The notes under the pieces: model-generated
The model's database searches: none
What the model saw: only the letters and a program-made list of their open reading frames with translations
Told to the model about the DNA's origin: nothing
Assembly: GCF_006345805.1 (NCBI RefSeq)
Contig: NC_043022.1
Location: 17,298,001-17,362,000, forward strand
DNA: 64,000 nucleotides
From: Octopus sinensis
Lineage: Eukaryota
Direction: 5' to 3'
Position numbers and translations under genes: made by a program
In this document: positions 55,183-64,000 of the stretch, piece after piece
Position numbering within the stretch: the first letter of the stretch is position 1
Layout of the letters: each line of letters begins with the position of its first letter

Positions 55183-56391
55183 AGGTTTGGGTTGAGTTTT
55201 CTTCGCCACAAAGAAAACGAAACGATCCTGGTTGTCAAGTTCTGTTAATTAATTGAGGGTTGGTGGGTCGATAGGGACGCACCTACCTACCTACTCATTC
55301 ATCAACGTATATAGAAAAGTAAAATGGTAACTGAATGAGATACGAGAGTGAGAAGACAGGTAAGTTCTTATTGACAGGTGGGAAATGTGTCTTAACAGAC
55401 ATCGCAGTTCTTCGCTCACACAAGACAAAAGAATTTGAGTTTAATAACATCTCCGGTGCACATCTCTCGTCTGTCACAGCGATTCGCCTCACTTCGTCTG
55501 TCGCACTTAGCTTGGAGACTCTTACATTAGAAGGCACAGTGGGTGGCAGGCACAAACTCGGTCTGTCTATCTCTATCTATCTACCTACCTACCTACCTCT
55601 CTGTCTATCTATCTCTTGTCTCTTTCTGACCCTTTCATCACATACAGATCATTGTGGGTGTGTATAGGTGTGACCAAAGGCAGATCGAGTGGTTGTACGG
55701 TCTGAGCATGAGCACTCGTTTCAGACTATATTATTTCATGTTATCGAAGGGTATTTGGCTACTGTTCCTAACACATCAAACTATCATGTGCAGGTTCCTT
55801 CGTTGGACCTTCAGCTTTTCGTTTCATGTACATCGCTTTACGTGCCTTCCTTCCGCGAAAACAGTGCTTATTTCCAGCAAACCAATAGTCCATATATTAT
55901 TCCCTATGTATTTCGCTACAATTGTCTTTATTTAACCCTAAGTCAGCCCTGGCTGAACAGATTTATGATCAAAGGCGTTCCAGTCGTGGCTAAATAGTCT
56001 TTGTTTGATGTGTAGTGTATCCAAGGCTGCCGCCTTGTAACACAATGTCTTCACTTTATAAGACACTAGGATGTGATTTGAGGGATATTTCGTTGCTATT
56101 TTTAGCATGTCTAACGACTTCATATAAGCTCGTATGTTTGCTTGAGGCCGACGGAAGTTCAAGTTCTCTTGTCAGCCCAAAGAAAGAAGAAAACTGGCAA
56201 ATTTGCAAAAAAACAACCCTTTTTTAAAAAACCGATAAACGCACACATACACACACACAATATAAACATGCAACACAGCTGACACAAAAGCGTGTAGAGT
56301 TGTACAATGGTCTGCGGACGTTCACGTGTGTCTCGACCAACACTCACAACTCTACAAATATATTCGTAAACACGAACAATTAACCACACCC

Positions 56392-56427
<36 letters not shown>

Positions 56428-56715
56428 ACAGACATAGGCAGATACACACAAGCGCATATGTATGTATATACACACGCACTCACACACACATACAGACAGA
56501 CACACACATACACACACGCAGATACAAATATACGTTTAGGACTTATCATCGTTCAACTGGAACGAGAATCGACTTCCGCCCATATCCGCCATAGCTGTGA
56601 CGTCGCCACCTTAATTGGTTGCTATGACTTTAGCATTGACACGTGATCAACGTTCAGGTTCCAAGAACTTGCCAGCAATTATCCGCGCGCACGCGCGAGT
56701 GTGTGTGTGTGTGTG

Positions 56716-56758
<43 letters not shown>

Positions 56759-57293
56759 TATAATATAATGCTTCTGTCGCCATTAATTATTTTTTAATAA
56801 TAAGCCCACTGACTATATGCGACATTAGTGCTTGAATAGACACCCAGATTCTATATATCGAATCGCTGCTATGTCTAGCTGCTGACGTCTACTATTGACA
56901 AGGCTAAGGAAAGCCAAAATCACGTGATCTGGCAGTTTCGGCGGCGGTAGCGGACGATTATCTCCCGCTAGCGATATAAACACGAGTGCTTATATGCACC
57001 ACAACTCCATCTGAGCGATTCCCTCACGGGAACCGACGCAGTGTTCTGTTTTCGAACCTTTTTAAGTGGGGATAAATATTATTACCCTTTGGAGTTAATA
57101 CTCCTTGTGGCTATTAATTATGTATATGTGTGTGTGTGTGTGTGGGTGTCTGGTCTTCGTTTGCACCCCCCACTATCTTGTCATTGAGCTTTCTCTCTCT
57201 CTCAATTCTACCTCCTCTTCCCTAATATACAATTCGCGCTCCGCCATGTCCCACCCTCGGTAAACGCACCACTCCTGGTCTCTTTTGAGAGAG

Positions 57294-57331
<38 letters not shown>

Positions 57332-58506
57332 CTCTAAACGACACAATTTCACTCCTGTGAACATTTGGTTTTCTACCCCTTTGCCTCATTTCCTCTGCTT
57401 TACACGGGAAGAGCAAATGGAATGCCATGACAAACAATTAACAGTGTCCACATCAGACATATGTACAAGCCAAAACATTTCGATGAGGGCATGTTTGGAG
57501 AGCTGATGTGAAGCAACATCTCTACTCGATTGGGGGTTATTTTATCGGAACCCTAACACCTTGACCTCGCTGCGTTTCGACCTGAATCTGAAGAGGCGTG
57601 GTTAAATAGCAGCACAGGTGATTGTGTCTGGTGCTCCACCGATCCTGCCACCCCGTCGCACACCGGGGCCATTAAATATAGAAAGGAAATGTTTACAACG
57701 AATAATATAAAACCAAGTCACGAACGCGGCCGACCGGAAGTCGATCCTTTATCTTGAGGTCGGGTTCGAGGTGGAGAAGGTCTATAAAAAAGGGGTACAC
57801 GGAGAAGCGATAATTTAGGGGTCGGCGGGGTTATAGTTTACAGTTTTTAATTCAGCCCCTTACTAGAGGGGTCGAGTGGGTGGGGCATATATCTTTTATC
57901 TTTCACTTGTTTCAGTCATTTGATTGTGGCCATACTGGGGCACCGCCTAGAAGCAATTTTAGTCGAATGAATCGATCTCGACTACTTTTTTTAAAGACTG
58001 GTACTTGTTGTATCGGTCTCTTTTGCCGTACCACTATGTTACAGAGACGTAAACAGATCAACACCGGTTGTTAAGCAGTGTATGTGGTGGTGGGGTAAAA
58101 GTCTTTGGTGGGCCCAAGGTGTCACGCAGTGGGATTGAACCGAAGACCATGTGGTTGGGAAGCAAACTAGCGATCGTGGGTGCCACACGCCTAACCCCGA
58201 GGCCATGCACCTTCACACGCACACACACACGGTGGCGATCAACTCGTAGACGAATATGAGCATCACTGAAAAATTGTCTTCTGCCGGTTGTCAGCAACGC
58301 CTATTGTTGGAACTTAAATAAGTAAAGAACAGTTTGCACAACACCGCTGAGATTCTCCCCTAAAAAGCTGAGGAGTTCAAAAACAAATAAGAGCAAACAC
58401 ACCATTCCTACGTATTTGTCTTTCCCCAATTTTAACACATCACCTCAGATCAATCCAATTAATTAGATAAATACGACACGCCTACACTCGCGCACCTACT
58501 TACAAA

Positions 58507-58745
58507 CGGTTATTGAAAAGTTCGCCGTAAACATTTTTACTGCAGGGAAATTCGCCGTAAAAATTACAATAAATTGAAAAAAAGAGAGAAAAAATGAGTT
58601 GTTTTCTTAAAATAGCAACTTTATCAACCAATCTATCAATTAGAGAAAAATTACTTTTCTTAACTTGTTACCTAGTTTACAATCTGCCTCTTTTACAGTG
58701 AAATTTCCTATGGCAAAAATGTTTTCGGTGAAATTTCCGGATAAG
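58507..58745. mobile_element. Probable MITE with subterminal inverted repeats
   Basis: Two AAA(G/T)TCGCCGTAAA-like units on the left face two TTTT(A)C(A/G)GTGAAATTTCC units on the right; no TSD resolved. Confidence 0.4.
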
Positions 58746-59059
58746 CTTACACACACACACACATACATACATACACACAATTCTTTATGAATAGACTCGG
58801 AGTAAAGATGGAGTGGAGGTTCAGTTTTCTTGAAATAACTAAAAAAAAACTTGTCGATTATCCAACGCCTGCCCAACCCGAAACAGTAAATCTTCCATCC
58901 AACAAGGTGGAGTGGATTAGCCATCTTTAAGCGTATTGACGTGTATTAACAGCATACAATGTTAGTGAGACTAAAACAAAAAGCGAAATGTTTAGAAAAC
59001 CGGAGAGCAAAACAAAGCATGAAAGAAAAGAAAGAAAGAAAGAAAGAAGTGTGACTGAC

Positions 59060-59629
59060 CGTCTTTGTCGGATCTGTGCAGTTTCACTTCTCCCAGAATG
59101 CCATCAATACTGTGGTTGGTGTTGCGTTCACTCTTCTCCGAATTCTCATCGGGAGAGTCTTTCTGGCGTTTCTCTCTCATGTCCAATCCGTATTCCCCTT
59201 CCGTCCCTTCATCTTCGTCACAATCCAGTTCGCCTTCTCCGCATTGAAACCGACTCCGAAGCACGCGGCTGATCGAGCTGACGCTGGGCACCGTGCTGCG
59301 GTCACAGATGGATTCTTTCAAAAGCCGGTCACGAATTTCCCAACTGAAAATGCCAGGGTTTTCTTTCTTGTAAAGTTCAATGTGTTTCTCCACTTCCGGC
59401 GTAGCAACGCGAGGTTTCGAACCCCCGATCACACCGGGACGTATGCTTCCGGTCTCTTGGTAGCGCTGCAGAATCTTACTGACGCATCCGTGCGAGACAC
59501 GCAACTGGCGGCTGATGACGCATGGTCGCACCCCTTGTGCCGCCAGCTCCACGATTTTGAGTCGAATATGGTTGGGTAACGGCCGTCCATTGATGAAGAT
59601 TCCACCCAGCTGGTTCACTCGTCCCTGGC
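59060..59629 (-). CDS. Pax3/7: Pax3/7 coding exon: complete paired domain + octapeptide
   Basis: Translates (G)[53 protein letters not shown]...[12 protein letters not shown]...[10 protein letters not shown]...[11 protein letters not shown]...HSIDGILG. Acceptor ttcactgcag|GC and donor G|gtcagt, both phase 1; 570 nt. Confidence 0.97.
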
Positions 59630-59679
59630 CTGCAGTGAAAAGAGAAAGAGAAAAATATATATAATATGTGTGCGTGGGG

Positions 59680-59746
<67 letters not shown>

Positions 59747-60081
59747 TGTGTGTGTGTGTGTGTGTGATGAGGTGAAGTGCATCATTGAATAATGTTTCTA
59801 CGAGTGTTATGGAATTGTTTTGGCATTTTGCTGAAACGCATTTAAGTTCTATAAAGTATTGAATACCAAACAAATTTTCTGCTACACCCACCCACATGTA
59901 TGTGTGTGTGAGTGTGTGTGTGTGTATAAATGAAGGGGCATGGCTTAGTGGTTACGGTATTCGGCTCATAGTCACAAGGTTGTATGTCTGGATGGATGGA
60001 TGGTCTATTCTACCGCCTCCTTCCAAGTATCCAATCCCGCCGTATCTCATCCTTGGTAACCGCACCATCCTTTGTCTCTCT

Positions 60082-60137
<56 letters not shown>

Positions 60138-60155
60138 AGAAGAGAGACTCTAAAC

Positions 60156-60465
60156 CAGTACTTCTCAAACTATCTGATGTGGTGTACCGGCATTGCCCCC
60201 CCCCCCCAATGTGCCAGGCACCGGTAATATTTCTTAGTAATGTTAATTTATACCGGAAACAATATTTATAATGAATATAATAAAAATTGACAATTTTTTT
60301 CATCTGATATTTATTATGTAAACAAATAATAGAATCTTACAGAAGCTGTTTACTGCATAAAGCAGAATTACTGAAATTATTCAACTCTCTCTTTCTTTTC
60401 TGGAACTGGAGCTGATGGCTCGCGGACCGGCACCGATCCGCGGGCCACCACTTTGAGTAGCCCTG
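60156..60465. mobile_element. hAT (Charlie/MER5-like) MITE
   Basis: Imperfect TIRs CAGTACTTCTCAAA / TTTGAGTAGCCCTG; exact 8-bp TSD CTCTAAAC at 60148-60155 and 60466-60473. Confidence 0.9.
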
Positions 60466-61617
60466 CTCTAAACGACACAATTTCAATCCTGTGAATATTT
60501 GGCTTTTATTATTTCTTAAGCACAGCCCTTAAGTGCACGCATGTCTGTGGAGTACTCAACCACTTGCCCGTTAATTCCACGAGCAGGATGGAACCCGTGC
60601 CGCCGTAAGTGACGGACTGCCAGTTAGTTAACACACACACACACAAGATTGGCATTGAATTTGGGGTGGGATTTCTTAAATAATAGTAGAATCCAAAGAA
60701 ACCAACTGATGAAGGGAGGGGGCGGGGAAGAGAAGGATGCGGAGTCGCTCTGACTCTTCAGGCAGGGTTTTTTTACCCAACGTAAAATAATTGTTGAGCT
60801 CCCACCAAACTGAGTTTATAGGGATAATTTCCAGTCCCAGATGGTAACACCCCCACTTCATTTATTTTCCTCTATCATTCTCTTCCACACACACACATTC
60901 TGAGCCAGTTAACAAAGTGTGTTACTCGACCTGCTATAAACTGCAGTCAAACCTCCTGCACATCACACGCCGCTCTCTTCAAAGTGGATAATTTAGTCAA
61001 GTGTACACACTGCCGGAAACGTAAAAGAAAATAAACGAGATGGCCACGGCGGGAAAGTTTTTCATCAGAAGTCTGCTCTACCAGAACTAAACTGGACTAA
61101 ATTACAGAGGTAAATACAGAATACACACACACACATGCAGACACAAACACACACGCAGATACACACACACACAAAAACACACATGCATACACATATTTAC
61201 ACTCACAGACATACATTTACACACACACACACACACACGCGTGTAACAGACAGACAAACACAGAATACATTGTTCCCTTTTCTCCATTGTGTCCTCTCCT
61301 AAATAGCCCTTAATTTATCATCTCCCCATGATGACAACTACCACTCCCCCCACCCCACTTAATACATTTATTTCTACCTCAATAACCCGGCTCAATTACC
61401 TCCCACCTACCACTGACACTTCGTCTCCTACCAACCAGGTAACAGCTAGGTGATCGCCCGAACCGGTAAAAATAGCAGCCAAATCTACCTCAAACCACAC
61501 CCTGTCGCCTTACTGATAGATTTGGTGGCAAAGTGGTACTGGCCACCTTGGACAGTGGTCAAGGCTAGAGTGTCTCTCTGGTCATGGGTTGGTTTCATCA
61601 GGGATTGCTTGAGGGTT

Positions 61618-61661
<44 letters not shown>

Positions 61662-61897
61662 GCTGCTGCTGCTCACCACAACACACACTACGACTACCCA
61701 CCCTACCTTATACCCCAAAACAGGACATACATTTTGCTCGTGGACAGAAAAAAGAGGGAAGAGTTGTCCGTAGGATTCATTTCTTGTTAGGACATCGGTC
61801 AACAGCGGTGCACTCATCCGAACTATTCTCCGACGCTGATGAAGATGCAAATTGGTCGACCTAACCTTCCTTAACCCATAACATTAACAGGTTTATA

Positions 61898-62131
61898 AGG
61901 CGGCGAGCTGGCAGAAACGTTAGCACACCGGGCGAAATGCTTAGTGGTATTTCGTCTGCCGTTACGTTCTGAGTTCAAATTCCACCGAGATCGACTTTGC
62001 CTTTCATCCTTTCGGAGTCGATAAATTAAGTACAAGTTACGCACTGGGGTCGATATAATCGACTTAATCCGTTTGTCTGTCGTTGTTTGTCCCCTCTTTG
62101 CTTAGCCCTTTGTGGGTAGTAAAGAAATAGG
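61898..62131 (+). mobile_element. tRNA-derived SINE family A, near full length
   Basis: AGGCGGCGAGCTGGCAGAA...GAGTTCAAATTCC (B box), then central domain GACTTTGCCTTTCATCCTTTCGGRGTCGATAAA..AGTAC; more than 12 copies in the window. Confidence 0.9.
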
Positions 62132-62469
62132 TTTATAAGCAGTGGGTTTTAGGTTAGTTAGAGGGGGGGTACTCATTGCTAATTAGGACAGTTTAATAGG
62201 TGTATTATTATTTAGATTCGTCGTAACACACTCAGTGATGGCTGTTAAATCTACAGACATGTTCTCTTGTACACAAAAGCAACATCTTCACTCTTTCTCC
62301 CTCCATTTCGTATCTTCCTCCATTTTCGCTTTTGGACCCCTTTTCTAGCAACGATGTCCAAACATCGACCGCGACGGCGGCGGCAGCTCGTTTGAATACG
62401 TTGTCCTCTTGTATACGATGTCCTCGATTCTGCGCAATTCCCCCAAACATTTCATTGTTTGGTTTATTA

Positions 62470-62786
62470 TTTTTCTTGTTTCAATTATAAGACTAAGGCC
62501 ATACTGGGGCACCGCCTTCAAGGATTTCCTCAAATAAGTCGATCCCTGTGCATATTTTAAAGTCTCACACCTTTTGCCGAACACATGGACGTAAACAAAG
62601 CAACACTAGACAAGAGACTGTCGTATATACATATATACGACAGGCTTCTTTCAGTTTCCGTCTACCAAATCCACTCACAAGGCATTGGTCGGCCCGGGGC
62701 TATAGCAGAAGACACTTGCCCAAGATGCCACGCAGTGGGACTGAACCCGGAACCATGTGGTTGGTTAGCAAGCTACTTACCACACA

Positions 62787-62832
<46 letters not shown>

Positions 62833-63003
62833 CATATATACGATGGGCTTCTTTCAGTTTCCGTCCACCAAATCCACTCACAAGGCTTTGGTCGTTCCGA
62901 GGCTATAGTAGAAGACACTTGTCCAAGGTGTCACGCAGTGGGACTGAACCCAGAACCATGTGGTTGCTAAGCAAGCTACTTACCACACAGCCACTCCTGC
63001 GCC
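62470..63003 (-). mobile_element. SINE family B with two tandem heads
   Basis: Heads at ~62637-62790 and ~62840-63003 separated by (TA)n. Other family B pieces: ~18700-18870, 27700-27770, 38670-38925, 39810-39960, 51900-52220, 57895-58170, and both arms of the large palindrome. Confidence 0.85.
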
Positions 63004-63397
63004 TATACAATAATATACACACATCAGGCTCCGTCCATTTGGTGATCCTCGAAGAGAAATGAAGCAGTTCCCTTTGAGGATGGCTGCAGTGGAAACACGA
63101 GTATGTCATTTTGATACAATGTGTATAATTATAAAATCAATTCTGTGGATGTCAAAGTCTCCATACTCTTTATTATTATTATCATCAATACTAATATATA
63201 TACCCCAGGTAATTTCTACAATCCAGTGAGGAATACACGGGATTATCAATTGGACGGAATCCACAGAGTGACTAACAGCTAATTGCAGTCACAGACGTTA
63301 GATATTAATCCTGGTGGAGGTTAGCCGTTAACTGGAACTTGACTGAGGGTCAATATGGTGTCCGCCCGGATAATAATACATCCTTCCAAACGCTCTC

Positions 63398-63443
<46 letters not shown>

Positions 63444-64000
63444 AATGACTCGCGAGATGGTAGCTGGAATGTAACTGGTAATCCAGAATCGTTGCCGAGA
63501 CACGAACTTATTTCTTTGAAATTAGAAAAATTAACCCAAGTTTTCAGCGCACCCTAGTATCTGTATGTGTAGCTGTGTGTGTGTGTGTGTGTGTAAAAAT
63601 CTGGGCGCCGCCTCTCCTTCAATTTTTATTACCCCCATCAATCCCCCCCCCCACCACCACCACCGCTACTTCCATTTATTTATTTATTTGTTTGTTTATT
63701 GAGTCACTCCCTTCTCGCCCAAAATCCTCGCAACTAATTTCCCACTTCCTCTCTCCTCCTCCTCTCTCCTCCTCTCTTCTCGCCCACCCCGCCACCTTTT
63801 CCGTCATCCCCCTCTTCCCATCCGTCCGTTCCGCAATTTCTTTTCAAGACAGTCGGCGATGGGGGCCAAGGAAGAGTACGCTGTATGGACCCTAAAAGCC
63901 ATCTCCTGGTAGGGGTCCGACTCATTACCTGAGTATCACCTGTTCAATGGGGCAAAGCATTGCCAGCGCGAGTTCAGAGGGGCGGGGGGGGGCGTAGGTG

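Noticed and set aside
59630-59897. N-terminal extension of ORF 58992-59897 (MWVGV...SLSLSL)
   Set aside because: Intronic microsatellite upstream of the acceptor at 59629; the same applies to the ORF-track extensions of the 36504 and 7570 exons.
60700-61860. Other CTGATGA words as hammerheads (e.g. ~60706, ~61596 minus, ~61837)
   Set aside because: No stem II followed by GAAA in the required arrangement.
63900-64000. Candidate Pax3/7 exon 1 (minus-strand donors CAG|GTAATG and CAG|GTGATA)
   Set aside because: A phase-1 donor is needed; in that phase both have an in-frame TGA just upstream. Exon 1 probably lies beyond the window.

Overview
Animal genomic DNA that is AT-rich and dense in microsatellites and SINEs. 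The SINE families point to a coleoid cephalopod, probably Octopus (inference). Most of the window is one large minus-strand gene, Pax3/7. Five coding exons splice in frame at GT/AG sites: paired domain + octapeptide (59060-59629), S50 homeodomain (36504-36842), two Pro/Ser-rich exons (7570-7793, 6292-6472) and a terminal OAR exon (5626-5750) that the ORF track misses. Exon 1 was not found. The introns hold tRNA-derived SINEs, decayed LINEs (RTE-like, L1/Tx1-like), Penelope-like element (PLE) relics, a hAT MITE and two large CA/TG satellites. The most unusual features are: (i) three head-to-head palindromes made of PLE parts, two carrying minimal hammerhead ribozymes and two carrying tRNA-like Pol III heads, including a candidate tRNA-headed hammerhead element; (ii) complementary satellites at the two ends of the ~29-kb intron, AC-rich near the donor and UG-rich near the acceptor; (iii) a ~190-nt GC-rich, heavily structured island. 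The very long His/Thr and Cys/Val ORFs are satellite artefacts.
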